Source: a virus (lineage: Duplodnaviria > Caudoviricetes). From it: DNA of 50,116 nucleotides. The notes beneath the pieces were generated by a model, which did not search any database, was not told where the DNA came from, and saw nothing but the letters and a program-made list of their open reading frames with translations. This document shows, piece by piece, positions 18,024 to 27,910 of this stretch; the stretch's first letter is position 1, and the number at the start of each line of letters is the position of its first letter. The stretch lies in IMG/VR virus record IMGVR_UViG_3300012843_000003, positions 1-50,116 of that record; one strand, 5' to 3'. The position numbers were made by a program, and so were the translations under genes.

Positions 18024-18452
18024 TTACGCCCCAGCGGGCAGTTGGTCCGCGACACCGCGGTAGGTGAAGCTGGCCGGCACCGTGTAGGTCGCCGACTCGA
18101 TGATGGTTGAGCCCTGGTCTACCGGCTCGGTGACAAGGCCCTCGAAGCCGTTGCGGCTGAGTGCCGAGTCCACGCGGAAGAGGCTCGAGAGCTCTTCGAC
18201 CAGGGTCTCGGCGGCAGCTAGCGGCTGTCCCGCCGGGCAAACGATGCTCACTTGGTAGACCCCGGTGTACTCGTAGGCCTCGCCGCCCAGGTAGCGGCAA
18301 GTTGTCCCCGCTGGCAGCTGAAACGCCTGCAGATACGTTTCGTCCGGCCCGGCCTCAAAGCCCTGTTCGAAGTTGGCGACCCGGATCGGGCGCGCCGCGG
18401 CCCAAGCCATCAGCTTGATCTCGATGGCCTGGCGGACTCGTGCATGGCTCAT
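18024..18452 (-). CDS. Tail terminator (DUF4128-like)
   Basis: 'YTGVYQVSIVCPAG...YTVPASFTYR'; position before the tube gene. Confidence 0.8.
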   Translation of the reverse strand: MSHARVRQAIEIKLMAWAAARPIRVANFEQGFEAGPDETYLQAFQLPAGTTCRYLGGEAYEYTGVYQVSIVCPAGQPLAAAETLVEELSSLFRVDSALSRNGFEGLVTEPVDQGSTIIESATYTVPASFTYRGVADQLPAGA

Positions 18453-19123
18453 ACGCTGTTGTTCCTGATGGCTTCGTCGACGATGCGTTGGAAGTTGGCC
18501 AGGGTCACTCTGACCATGCCGGCGGGCGCCTGCGTTGAATGTCCGTACTCGAGCGGAATGGCGTAAGGCAGGTTGTTCACGATGTACGCCGTCTGGCCGA
18601 TGGTCAGCGCCTGCACTTGGGTGATGAGCGCGGTAATGGCCTCGCTGCCGGACGGGTCTATGCGGTCGAGCTCTTCGGTCGCCGGAGAATCGATGGAGAA
18701 CTGCCAGTTACCCCGGAACCTGCCGCCGACATAGCCCTGGCCAGCGACAAGGCCATTGGTGGCGAAATTCTGCACCCGCTCGGTCTTGGTCAGGGGCTTG
18801 GCGTACTTCACGCCCTTGCGCAGCCTGCCGGCCTTGGTGAAGTTGTCCTGGTTCAGGTTGATCAGGGAGTTGCGAACCGCGACCTTGAAGTCGTAGTCAT
18901 CTGCGGCCTGGTTGGCCTTGGCCCGGTGCGCGACGTTGGCCGCCCACAGCTCGGGGTTTCCCACAGGCGACATGCGAATAACGCTGCTGCCTATCTCGAT
19001 CACGATCTCGCGGAAGGTCGCGTCCAGGGCTTGCTCCGCCTGCTCGGCGAATGCCCGGATAGCCTCAGCGAAGCCGCCCTGTTGCCCGCCGTACCGCTGG
19101 GCCATGTGTGAACCGCGCGCCAT
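18449..19123 (-). CDS. HK97 gp10-like tail completion protein
   Basis: 'SPVG...GGRFRGNWQ...NNLPYAIPLEYGHSTQAPAGMVR'. Confidence 0.85.
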   Translation of the reverse strand: MARGSHMAQRYGGQQGGFAEAIRAFAEQAEQALDATFREIVIEIGSSVIRMSPVGNPELWAANVAHRAKANQAADDYDFKVAVRNSLINLNQDNFTKAGRLRKGVKYAKPLTKTERVQNFATNGLVAGQGYVGGRFRGNWQFSIDSPATEELDRIDPSGSEAITALITQVQALTIGQTAYIVNNLPYAIPLEYGHSTQAPAGMVRVTLANFQRIVDEAIRNNSV

Positions 19124-19124
19124 A

Positions 19125-19517
19125 TCACTTCCTCAGCTGGACAGTCCAAGTCGCCTGGGCCGGGTCCTCGGACACGTTCAGTATCCGGTAGCCGCTCAAC
19201 TGGTCGCCGATCTTCGGGGCCGCTGGTATCTCGGTGACAACGCCGTTCAGTTCCTCGAACAGTTCGCTCTGAAGGACCAGTAGCTTCACGTCCTCGGTTT
19301 GGATACGCGTGCCGTCGATTTCCTTGGCCAAGTAGCTGCCGAACACCGCGCGGCCGGCGTAGTGGATGGTCGAGACCGGGACGGTGCCGCCGATCTCGGG
19401 GTCATATCCGCCCTTGACCGTGCGGCTGCCTGCAACAGGCTTCACCGTGTCGGCTAGGCCATCTGGATCATCGAACGCTTCCGCCAGCTCGTCCTGGATT
19501 TCTTCTCGCATGCCCAT
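19125..19517 (-). CDS. Head closure / head-tail connector protein
   Basis: 'YDPEIG...IDGTRIQTEDVKL...DPAQATWTVQLRK'. Confidence 0.75.
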   Translation of the reverse strand: MGMREEIQDELAEAFDDPDGLADTVKPVAGSRTVKGGYDPEIGGTVPVSTIHYAGRAVFGSYLAKEIDGTRIQTEDVKLLVLQSELFEELNGVVTEIPAAPKIGDQLSGYRILNVSEDPAQATWTVQLRK

Positions 19518-19557
19518 TCAAATAAACTCCAGCCAACCCCCCTGACAGAGATCGGAC

Positions 19558-19782
19558 ATGACAAAAAAAGCTGAATGCGAAATGGCGATACGCCAACTTG
19601 CTCACACCTGGGCGGGAACCAAGGAGCAGCCGCCAAGTTGGCATCCGAGTTTCGGAGAGTTCAAAGACTGGCTTCGATCTCAAGGTTATGGGCACTACCT
19701 AGAGTTCAAGAGCGTGATGCCCGCGAACGATGTAGCTGAGCAGTGGTTTGATCAGGAGCTGAAACAGACCTGGCGAAACTGA
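19558..19782 (+). CDS. Small antisense moron, hypothetical
   Basis: 74-aa Trp-rich ORF filling the gap between two neck genes, on the opposite strand. Confidence 0.7.
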   Translation: MTKKAECEMAIRQLAHTWAGTKEQPPSWHPSFGEFKDWLRSQGYGHYLEFKSVMPANDVAEQWFDQELKQTWRN

Positions 19783-19788
19783 TGGTAG

Positions 19789-20166
19789 TTACACCCGTTT
19801 CAGCATCACGGTGCCAGAGCGCCGGGTCCACGGTGCGATGAGGTCGAGGGCGAAGCTCTCGCCAGTCAAGCGGTCCACGGAGCCAGCGACATAGGTCTTG
19901 CTCACGGATGTCCCGGACTGAGCCGACACGGTCTTGCTTTGCACCTCGCGCTGGGTGTCCTTGTAAAGCTGACCGGCCGCAGCCAGTTTGGCCACCTGCG
20001 CGCCGGCACTCACAATGGCGTCCGGCACCGGATCAGGCACCGGTCGCTTGATCTTGGCAGTGAGCCAGGCATTGGCCATGGCCACGGCAAGGACCGCATC
20101 ACCGGTGCCGACCCAGTCCTGCCCGAGCCTCTGGTCAACATCAGCAACAGTGATGAAGTCGGTCAT
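19789..20166 (-). CDS. Head-tail adaptor
   Basis: 'FITVADVD...ANAWL...VPDAIVSAGAQVAKLAAAG'; position after capsid. Confidence 0.75.
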   Translation of the reverse strand: MTDFITVADVDQRLGQDWVGTGDAVLAVAMANAWLTAKIKRPVPDPVPDAIVSAGAQVAKLAAAGQLYKDTQREVQSKTVSAQSGTSVSKTYVAGSVDRLTGESFALDLIAPWTRRSGTVMLKRV

Positions 20167-20169
20167 GGC

Positions 20170-20610
20170 TTATTCCTTCGACGGGATCAGCGCCTGCAGC
20201 TCGGGCTTGTTGAGAGCGGGATCGAAGGTGATGCCCTGGGCCGTCAGCCACTCTTTGAGCTCCGGAACCTTCATCTTGTGAGGGTCGGTCTCGGGATCGC
20301 CGTCACCCTCCTCCTCAATCGCTTTGTCGATCTCCGCTTGACTGCTGACCGGGGCGTAGCCGTTCGGTGGATAGGCCGACGCCTTGTAACCCTTTCCCAC
20401 CCACTGAGCGACGGTAGGGCCATCCAGGCGCAGACCTTCCTCGATCTCGCTCACGCTGATGCCCTGGCGCTGGTAAGCCTCGCCGATGTGCGGGGCGTCG
20501 CCCTGCACGGACACCGAGGTTGCGCCGTCGATCACGCCGAAGAACTGGTCCAGGCGGCGATAGCAGGTGCCGCGCTCGCTACCCGGGGTGTTGGTGTAGA
20601 TGACTTTCAT
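20170..20610 (-). CDS. Head accessory protein with C-terminal HeH/LEM-like motif
   Basis: 'MKVPELKEWLTAQGITFDPALNKPELQALIP'. Confidence 0.7.
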   Translation of the reverse strand: MKVIYTNTPGSERGTCYRRLDQFFGVIDGATSVSVQGDAPHIGEAYQRQGISVSEIEEGLRLDGPTVAQWVGKGYKASAYPPNGYAPVSSQAEIDKAIEEEGDGDPETDPHKMKVPELKEWLTAQGITFDPALNKPELQALIPSKE

Positions 20611-20657
20611 GCTGATCTCCTGCGCAGGGCGCCAGGCAGGCGCCCTGCATCATGGGG

Positions 20658-21635
20658 TCAAGGGGTGGCGGTGCCACTGATGACCGCGGCGAACGGAACC
20701 TGTTTGCGGTCGAACACGCGCTTCCAGTTAGCCGCGGCAGCGTACTGGGTGGCACTCGGGCTCAGGTTGCGGTTCTCGCTGCCCTGCCAGCTGAAGCCGG
20801 CCGGCTGGAGGATGTAAGTCTTGCGCTCCCACAGCACCTCGGCACCGCCACCGTTACCGCCGTCCGGCTTGCGCTGCATCTCGACAGGCATGTGCGGATC
20901 GCCCTCGCCATAGCCGAAGGCGCCTTGGCCGAAGAACAGCGACAGGTACTGGCCCGGGGCGTAGATCAGGCCGTCATCCATAAACACCGGCTTGCCAAGG
21001 TAGGTGGCCAGGATGACCTTGCCCTGCGAGTCGCGCAGGTACTCGATCATGTCCTGCTTCACCATCTGGTTCATCACGACCGAGTGCACGCCGATCGCGG
21101 CGAACATGTCGGCGGCGTCACCAGCGGTGAAGGCAGCGTCTTGGAAGGCGTTTGCGCTGATGGATGCGCCCGCATCTTTCACCATGTCCCCGCCGTTGTT
21201 GGCGATGTTGGACGCAATCACGCCGCGGGCCGCCCCCATCAGGTAGCGCTGCCATTGGCGGGTCCAGTAGGTGCCGAAGCGGTTGCGGATGTGCTGCATC
21301 GGCTCGGAGTTGGCCAGCTCAGCAGTCAGGTCGGATACGCCATAGCCCTTGTTGAGGTACAGGGTGCGGGCGCGCATGCTGCCCTGCTCGGCCTTGCCGA
21401 CGGCGCCCAGGTCATCAGGGTCATCGTTGGAGATGTTCGGCGCCTCATCGGCGTCGAGATCCTGCCAGTAGCTGATCTCGGAAGTGCCTTGGCCGTTCTT
21501 GGCGATGCCGTCCAGAGTCGCGGAACGGGTGATGATGCCCGACTCATAAACGGCGGTCTTCTCTGGGGAGTTCACCGGCTCCAGAGTGCCGTAGTAGTCG
21601 GCAACGAAGATGTCCGACAGTTGGGTAGATGCCAT
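20658..21635 (-). CDS. Major capsid protein
   Basis: 325 aa after the scaffold; 'TQLSD...SEPMQHIRNRFGTYWTRQWQ...NWKRVFDRKQVP'. Confidence 0.9.
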   Translation of the reverse strand: MASTQLSDIFVADYYGTLEPVNSPEKTAVYESGIITRSATLDGIAKNGQGTSEISYWQDLDADEAPNISNDDPDDLGAVGKAEQGSMRARTLYLNKGYGVSDLTAELANSEPMQHIRNRFGTYWTRQWQRYLMGAARGVIASNIANNGGDMVKDAGASISANAFQDAAFTAGDAADMFAAIGVHSVVMNQMVKQDMIEYLRDSQGKVILATYLGKPVFMDDGLIYAPGQYLSLFFGQGAFGYGEGDPHMPVEMQRKPDGGNGGGAEVLWERKTYILQPAGFSWQGSENRNLSPSATQYAAAANWKRVFDRKQVPFAAVISGTATP

Positions 21636-21638
21636 GGG

Positions 21639-22412
21639 TTAGGTTCCTCGGGTGGCTTGGAGTTTTTTGAAAGCGTCGGGGTTGTCACGAGCCATCGCAG
21701 CACGCTCGGTCTCGGTGTACTCGCCCCATTTCTTCGTGGCCTTGCCACCGTTGTCGCCGGTCTGCCCGGCCCCCTGAGCCCTTGGCCACAGGTGGGTAGC
21801 GGTTTCGCGCAGCGATTCCGCCCATTCGAGGGGAGACAGCGGGGTCTTGCCGTCCTTCCCGTACACGACTTCGCCGGCACGGTCAGTGGCAACGGGCTCG
21901 CCGTCTTCGCTCAGTTTGAAGGTGCCGCGGGCGCGCAGGATGATGTCCTCGGCAGCCTCGGGCAGCGCGCCGGCCTTGATGGCAGCAGCGCGGATGGAAT
22001 CGGCCAGCACCTTGTCGCTGTACTTGGCAGCGAAGGCTTCGGCCTTATCAGCACGCTCGTTGGCGGCCTTGACCTGCTTGTCCAGATCGGTGCGCAGGCG
22101 CTCGGTGCGGCGGTTGATGACCTCGTCCAGCTTGCCCTCGGCGATCAGTTTGGTTTCTTCGTCCTGGCCAGCCTTGGCCAGCAGGCCCTTGACGGCTTCG
22201 ATGTCCAAGCCGTCGAACTGCCCTTTCAGCTTGTCCAGTTCGGTTTTGATGGCCTTGTTGGAGCCGATCAGCTCGTTGTTTTTGGACTTGAGGCCCGAGA
22301 CCTCGCCATCCAGGAATTTCTGCACCTCGCCGCCCAGCGCTGCCTTCAGCGCAGCGGTTTGGGTTTCGTCGAGAGTGAGGCCGTGGGCGGCCGGGTCGAA
22401 GTCAAAAGGCAT
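21639..22412 (-). CDS. Capsid scaffolding protein
   Basis: Coiled coil, 'VSGLKSKNNEL...ETATHLWPRAQGAG'; start at ATG 22412. Confidence 0.8.
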   Translation of the reverse strand: MPFDFDPAAHGLTLDETQTAALKAALGGEVQKFLDGEVSGLKSKNNELIGSNKAIKTELDKLKGQFDGLDIEAVKGLLAKAGQDEETKLIAEGKLDEVINRRTERLRTDLDKQVKAANERADKAEAFAAKYSDKVLADSIRAAAIKAGALPEAAEDIILRARGTFKLSEDGEPVATDRAGEVVYGKDGKTPLSPLEWAESLRETATHLWPRAQGAGQTGDNGGKATKKWGEYTETERAAMARDNPDAFKKLQATRGT

Positions 22413-22525
22413 GTGGCTATCCCCTTGGGATTGATTGGCCCGCCTGGCGGGCGTGAAAAAGCCCCGCAACTGCGAGGCTTGTTTATCGCGCCACGAACCC
22501 GTGGCCCTTCGTTTTGTGGCGCGGA

Positions 22526-23620
22526 TCAGCTGATGCCAGCCCTGTCGAACGCCAACGGTTCCATGTCCTTGAGCTGGTCCAGCGTCAGTGGCTTGAAGTT
22601 CTTGTCCAGTTGCAACGCTGCGAAGCGCTCAGCCGTCAGGCCGCCATTGCGGAACAGCTTGCCGCGCACCGGCCCCAAGGCGGCGTCTTGGAAGGCCGAT
22701 GGCTGTGTTTTGAGCCACTGGTAGTAGCTGAGGCTCGCAGAGACCTGCCCGCCGCCATCCGCGCCCACTGCTGCCCTAGTGGCGCCCTGTCCAAAGAGCG
22801 CCGAGAGCCTGGTGATCGGCGTGATGGTGGTTCGGCAGTGGATGTGGAAAGGGGGCACTGGCCCCTTGCCCATCTCGTACTCGCGCCCATCCAGGCTCCG
22901 GCACTGCACGCTGGTCTTCCGATCCAGGGTGGCAACGATCCGATAGCCCGGTACCACCTCGGCATTGGCCCTGAGTGTTTCCATGCGCGCCGTGGTGGCC
23001 ACATGCTGAACTGCGGTCTGGACAACTGCCCGGGCGCTTCGGTTCGTGACCGCCAGCACGCCGTCCGTGAAGTTCTGCGCGGCGGTGCCGCGTATGGCCT
23101 GTGTGATCTCGGCGTTGGTCTGGCCCTGCACGACACCCATCCGGATGGCATTGGTTACCCGGTCCGACTCGGTGCGCGTCCAACCGTTCAGGAAGGGCTT
23201 CAGCAGTTTGCCGCCGTCGACCCCAGCCACCTGCAGGGGTTGCGTGTTGATCGCCGCCCTGAGCAGCGAGTCTGCCGGCATGGCCGCATCGATCAGCAGC
23301 GCCTTGGCCAGGCTGCGGCCCTCGAACGCAGCCTCGTATTGCGCGATGTCCACCAGGTCGGACTGCATTCGGTCGCTGAAGGCCTTGTAGATCTCCAGCA
23401 GCTTGCCACCTACCCGCCCAAGGAGCTCTTCCAGCCTGCTCCGGCCGTAGGTGGTCAGTTCTTTGCGCGTAAGCTGGTCACGGACATGGCTGTCAGCCCG
23501 GCGCAGGTAGGTTTCGAACTTCTTGACCTCGCCGGCCTTGAGCCGCTCAAGCAGTACCGAGTGGCGGCTTACCTGCTCCAGCAGTTTCTCGTCCGCTGCC
23601 TGTTCCGGTTTCGTCGCCAT
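22526..23620 (-). CDS. Minor head protein (Mu gpF / SPP1 gp7 family)
   Basis: 'VATLDRKTSVQCRSLDG...PPFHIHCRT'. Confidence 0.88.
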   Translation of the reverse strand: MATKPEQAADEKLLEQVSRHSVLLERLKAGEVKKFETYLRRADSHVRDQLTRKELTTYGRSRLEELLGRVGGKLLEIYKAFSDRMQSDLVDIAQYEAAFEGRSLAKALLIDAAMPADSLLRAAINTQPLQVAGVDGGKLLKPFLNGWTRTESDRVTNAIRMGVVQGQTNAEITQAIRGTAAQNFTDGVLAVTNRSARAVVQTAVQHVATTARMETLRANAEVVPGYRIVATLDRKTSVQCRSLDGREYEMGKGPVPPFHIHCRTTITPITRLSALFGQGATRAAVGADGGGQVSASLSYYQWLKTQPSAFQDAALGPVRGKLFRNGGLTAERFAALQLDKNFKPLTLDQLKDMEPLAFDRAGIS

Positions 23621-24998
23621 CGTCTTTGTCCAAGTTGACGCCACCGGCGCCGTGGTCGTCGCCGATCAGTCCGGCCTCTTCGCCGTAGGGGCGCTCTGGC
23701 AGCTTGCCGGTGGTCAGGTACTGCCAGTAGGTCTCGGCACTGATGGTACCGGCCATGACGCTCTTTTGGAGCTCTGCCAACACCTGGGCGTTGACCTCAG
23801 GGATCACGAATTCAGGCTTGACCGTGAAGACCACCTCGTCCGGGTTAAAGCCTGTCCACTCTGCCGCATAACGCAGGGCCTGCTCGATGGCCGCCGCCGC
23901 AGTGATGACGATGCTATGCAGCGTGGCGTGCTGGTCGTTCTGGCGGGTCTTGCGGGCCTCGCCCGACTCGGTGCCGGAGACGTCCATCACTTTGGCGCCA
24001 GCCTCAAGGGCGGCGTTCTTCTGGTCTTCCATCGCTGTACGGACGGCTTCGATGCCGGCGCCCTGGAACTCCAGGTATCCACACTGGCCTTTCGGCCCGA
24101 GATCCCAAGCCGCAGACGGCCCGGTCACGTTAAGCTCCACGCTCTCGTCCAGGCCCGACACCCACGGCTGCGGGTGGCTGGTCTGGTGCAGCGCGGTGAA
24201 GTAGTCGGCGCTGAGTTGGTAGGACTTCAGCGCAGCCCGGGCCATGGTCAGCAACGGGATCTCGTCCACATCGGGCGAGTTGTCGGTGGAGCCGCAGTAG
24301 ATGACCGGAATGTAGTCCAGCCCGCGCACCAGGTTGTTGCTGCCGTCGACGGTACCCAGCGGGCGGTCGTCCTCGATCAGCTCGCCGGCCTCGTTGCGCA
24401 CGCCCGTGCGGCAGATCGCACCGTCCATGTAGAACTCGCGGTAGACCGTCTCGCATTCGTGGCTGTAGCGGTCCTGCTCCTTGCGCCTGAACTCGCGGAA
24501 CACCGACAGCACCAGATCCTGCCGACCGCCTTGGTCGGCGGTGTCCCAGTTGATGGCGTTGCGGACCGCGTAGGTCGCGAAGTACGGCTGGCCCGCGTCA
24601 TCGATGTTGACCACCAGCGGCACGCGACCATGGGAGATGGCCTGGCGCACGATCCGCAGGAACAGCTGGGTCAGGCCGAAGCCGTCGGCGGTGGCGTTGT
24701 CCTCCAGTTGCTTCAGCCCAGCTGGCAGCTTTACCTCGGGGATCAGCCTGGAGACCAAGCCCATCATCGAGCGCAGCGAATCCCGTACCCAGTGCTCGTA
24801 CTGAGCCCGGGCGGTGTAGTTCTGGTACAGGTAGGCATTGCCGGCGCCATCAAGCTTTTCGGCCTCGGTCATGCCGCTTGGCTTGGGCAAGTTGCGCGGG
24901 CTGCGTTTGATGGCGCCCTCGCCCTCCAGGGCGTCGTCCATCATCCGCCACTCTTCGATGTGAGCGTCGTAGTCTGGGTTGGTGGATTGAACAGGCAT
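23547..24998 (-). CDS. Portal protein (DUF4055-like)
   Basis: 483 aa directly after TerL; 'PDY...W', 'PLLTMA...YQLSADY', 'ESGEARKTR'. Confidence 0.85.
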   Translation of the reverse strand: MPVQSTNPDYDAHIEEWRMMDDALEGEGAIKRSPRNLPKPSGMTEAEKLDGAGNAYLYQNYTARAQYEHWVRDSLRSMMGLVSRLIPEVKLPAGLKQLEDNATADGFGLTQLFLRIVRQAISHGRVPLVVNIDDAGQPYFATYAVRNAINWDTADQGGRQDLVLSVFREFRRKEQDRYSHECETVYREFYMDGAICRTGVRNEAGELIEDDRPLGTVDGSNNLVRGLDYIPVIYCGSTDNSPDVDEIPLLTMARAALKSYQLSADYFTALHQTSHPQPWVSGLDESVELNVTGPSAAWDLGPKGQCGYLEFQGAGIEAVRTAMEDQKNAALEAGAKVMDVSGTESGEARKTRQNDQHATLHSIVITAAAAIEQALRYAAEWTGFNPDEVVFTVKPEFVIPEVNAQVLAELQKSVMAGTISAETYWQYLTTGKLPERPYGEEAGLIGDDHGAGGVNLDKDDGDETGTGSGRETAGAGKPPLGTA

Positions 24999-26488
24999 TA
25001 CGCCAAACCTCCGATGCGGCGGACACCGCCTGTGCGTTTGCGTCGCGCCATGGCAACGGCGAAATAACGGAACCCGTCTGCCGGGTGCGAGGACCAGTCG
25101 TGAAGGGGCTTATCCTTCCAGCACCCGCGCTTGTCGTCCCACTCCTTGCGGTAGCTTTCCAGAGCCGTGATCCCCTCGCTGCACTTGGCCTCGTCGAAGG
25201 CGCAGTTGGGGAGGATCTCGCGCGCCTGCTCGATGCCTTCATCAACGCCGAGCTTGGGCACCACTTGAAAGGTCATGCGGTACTTCTCATCGTCTATCTC
25301 GTAGCCCTCGCGCGCGAGTTCGCGCCGGGTCTTGCCGTCGCTACCAAACTCGCGGTTGTCGATGTCATGGGGGCCCCAGTGCTCGCCGTAGGTGTATCCG
25401 CGATCCTTCAGCACCTTCATGTAGTGCCGAAGGCCTTCGCCGCTGTTCTGGTAGAAGTCGATGACGTGGAATTCTTCAGCGACGATCCGGACGAACCAGA
25501 TGGCCGTGGAGTCGCCCACGCCGATGTCCCAGAACGTGTGCACCGGCAGGTGGCTGTTATCAGGCAGCTTGCCGATGCGTTGGGCGGCGTAGAGCTTGGT
25601 GAACTGCTTGGCGTAGTAGGCGCCCTCGATCGTCTGCTGGAATGCCTCGGCAGGGATCGACGGGTACTCGCGCTTCATGTCGTCGCCGAGGGTCTTTTCC
25701 TTGGCGGTGTACCAGGCGCGCTGGCCCGGGTTGGTGACGATGCCGTGCTTGGCGGCCAGGTCGTCGAAATACTTTGTCAGCCGGTCCGGGATCGTGACGT
25801 CGGTAGGGTCCAGCGAGTACAGCGGATTCCGCCACCAGCTGAAGAAGAAGAACTTCCAGTCCAGCAAACCCAGCGGCACGCCGGCCAGCTGCTGCTTCTC
25901 AGCGCTCTGCGAGTAATCGAAGAAGTAGCCCGCCCGCCCCTCCGCCGTCGACTCGATCGTAACGAAGCACTCTGCGGCGACAGCCTCAAAGGCGCCGGTG
26001 ACGATCTCTCGGGCTTTGTGAGGAAACTTGGCGCAGATCTTCCCGAACTCGGATACGTGCAGATACCGTAGAGTCCCGCCCCGAAAGGATGTGGACACGT
26101 AGAGCGATCCGCCTTTGCTGAACACAAGCTCACCAGCAGCATCGTTGCGAGCAGGGTTAGCAGCGCGTATCTCCTTGGGAAGGTGGTCATACGCATACTT
26201 GATCTTCTCGCGGAAAAGCCGCTTGGCGTCGTTCAGGGTGTGGGCGATCAGGGCGCACTTGGCGGCCTCGAACAACGCGGCATCCAGCTGGACGATACAA
26301 ACCAGCGTGGTAAAGCCAAGCTGCCGGGCCTTGAGGATGATGTTGCGGGTGTGCATCCCTTGGAAGTAGTCGACCTGCTCCTGCGTCATCCGGAAGCGGA
26401 CCTTCTTGCCCTGCTTGTCCGTGATGAAATACAGGTTGTTCAGCCGCCAGAACCGATCCCGGAGCAGTTTCATGTGCTCGGGCTTCAT
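24998..26488 (-). CDS. terL: Terminase large subunit
   Basis: 'ILKARQLGFTT' Walker A, 'LHVSEFG' Walker B, 'WDIGVGDSTAIW', 'HDWSSHPADGFRY'. Confidence 0.95.
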   Translation of the reverse strand: MKPEHMKLLRDRFWRLNNLYFITDKQGKKVRFRMTQEQVDYFQGMHTRNIILKARQLGFTTLVCIVQLDAALFEAAKCALIAHTLNDAKRLFREKIKYAYDHLPKEIRAANPARNDAAGELVFSKGGSLYVSTSFRGGTLRYLHVSEFGKICAKFPHKAREIVTGAFEAVAAECFVTIESTAEGRAGYFFDYSQSAEKQQLAGVPLGLLDWKFFFFSWWRNPLYSLDPTDVTIPDRLTKYFDDLAAKHGIVTNPGQRAWYTAKEKTLGDDMKREYPSIPAEAFQQTIEGAYYAKQFTKLYAAQRIGKLPDNSHLPVHTFWDIGVGDSTAIWFVRIVAEEFHVIDFYQNSGEGLRHYMKVLKDRGYTYGEHWGPHDIDNREFGSDGKTRRELAREGYEIDDEKYRMTFQVVPKLGVDEGIEQAREILPNCAFDEAKCSEGITALESYRKEWDDKRGCWKDKPLHDWSSHPADGFRYFAVAMARRKRTGGVRRIGGLA

Positions 26489-26490
26489 GG

Positions 26491-27090
26491 TCAGGCATCC
26501 TTCGATAATTCATCCATCAGCTGCGACAGTTCGTCGGCGTCTTTCGACTGCTCCTTGTCGTCCAGGCCGAATGCGGTGCGTTCGAGCACCTGCAGATTCT
26601 TCATGGCCGAGGACAGCTGGAAAAGGGTCTTGGCGTTGCTGGGCAAGGCCACAGCGGAAAGCATGGAAGCCCGGCGGAAACCGCTCTCGTCGTCGGCCGT
26701 CTCGCGCTCAATCTCGTCTTCGATCTCTTCGCGCTTCTGGATTGTGGTCAGCAGATCATCCATCAGCAGGTTCGCAAGGTTCGTGGCCTTGCGAATGTCA
26801 CGGCGATGGCTGCGAACAACCGTCGCGCCCTCTTCTGCCGCCTCCTCGATGATCTCGGCGTCGCGCTCAGGGTTCGCGCATTGGTCTTCGCGAACCTCGC
26901 CGCGAACCAGCTTATTGCGAACCTCTTTCCGGACCTGCTCGGAAAGGTCCCGCTCCCAGCCTAAGGCTTTGGCCTTCTTTCTGATTGCGGTGTCGCTCAC
27001 TCCATTACGGTCGGCGATGGTTCGGATGGAAAGCGCGCCGGCCCGGTAGGCTCGTTCGATCGCCTCCCAGTCGGGTTGCTTAGCTGTCAT
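26491..27090 (-). CDS. terS: Terminase small subunit
   Basis: 'PDWEAIERAYRAG...IRKKAKALGWERDL' HTH; immediately upstream of terL. Confidence 0.85.
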   Translation of the reverse strand: MTAKQPDWEAIERAYRAGALSIRTIADRNGVSDTAIRKKAKALGWERDLSEQVRKEVRNKLVRGEVREDQCANPERDAEIIEEAAEEGATVVRSHRRDIRKATNLANLLMDDLLTTIQKREEIEDEIERETADDESGFRRASMLSAVALPSNAKTLFQLSSAMKNLQVLERTAFGLDDKEQSKDADELSQLMDELSKDA

Positions 27091-27101
27091 AAAGATTCCG
27101 C

Positions 27102-27521
27102 TTAGAAAATATCGTACTTGACCAAAATTTTTGCAGCCACGAATCCCATCAGGCTCAGCATGAGCAGTAGATTCCTTAGGCTGTAGTAACCACCCGACCT
27201 ATCACTCGCTCTCTCTGCGTATGCTTTTTGCTCAGGGAACGCATTGCCTGGGTATTGAGAGCACAACTGCAGGTACGCAGCGTTCAATTTAACGGTGTGG
27301 ATAGAGGCCTCGATTCTCTTGAACCCAAAGTACGCAGCCAGCGCCATCAAAAGTAACGGCACTAACTGAACCGTCGCAGGGTTCCACCCTAGCTGATCAT
27401 AGGCAATTGTCTGAGCGAGATATGCGCAGCCGGCAAGGGTAGCGCCCAGCACAAATTGATCGAAACCAAATGAGCTTTTGTAGTATGTGTCATTGAGGAG
27501 CTGGAGATTTTGAGCGGACAC
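27102..27521 (-). CDS. Multi-TM membrane moron, hypothetical
   Basis: AT-richer ORF, GTG start, about three hydrophobic helices. Confidence 0.7.
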   Translation of the reverse strand: MSAQNLQLLNDTYYKSSFGFDQFVLGATLAGCAYLAQTIAYDQLGWNPATVQLVPLLLMALAAYFGFKRIEASIHTVKLNAAYLQLCSQYPGNAFPEQKAYAERASDRSGGYYSLRNLLLMLSLMGFVAAKILVKYDIF

Positions 27522-27617
27522 TTTCTCATCCTGTTAATGGGAAAAGACCATTCTTCCCAAGCAACAGACCTCTTGTCTACGGCTACTCCCTCGCCCGGCC
27601 CACAGAACGTTAACAGA

Positions 27618-27847
27618 TTCTGATCCGCCTGGCCGAGTATCACTCGTCCCTCCTTTGCGAACCCTGTCGACCCCCACAGCACATCGATGTTGGCGTCGAT
27701 CAATTGAGCATGCTCTAGGTTGTGGATGCTGCCAGTGTCGGCGAGGATCTCTCTTTGTACCCAATCCCATACCTCGGGTACAGGAGACAGATGCACTAAC
27801 GCCTGTTTTTCGGCCGTCATCACAGACGGCGGAGCTGGTCTCTCCAA
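27618..27847 (-). pseudogene. 5' remnant of a putative phage metallopeptidase gene
   Basis: 'RPAPP...PVPEVWDWVQREILADTGSIHNLEHAQLIDANIDVLW...GRVILGQADQ', then unrelated sequence with no HExxH. Confidence 0.6.
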
Positions 27848-27910
27848 CCCTCACCGCGAGATTGATAAGATGTCGTTTAAGCAACCGCTCAATCTAATCA
27901 GGGATTTCAG

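Noticed and set aside
20652-26071. Long plus-strand ORFs (690, 374, 514, 328 aa) opposite head and terminase genes
   Set aside because: Antisense shadows of GC-rich coding genes; no RBS or recognisable motifs, and they mirror well-supported minus-strand genes
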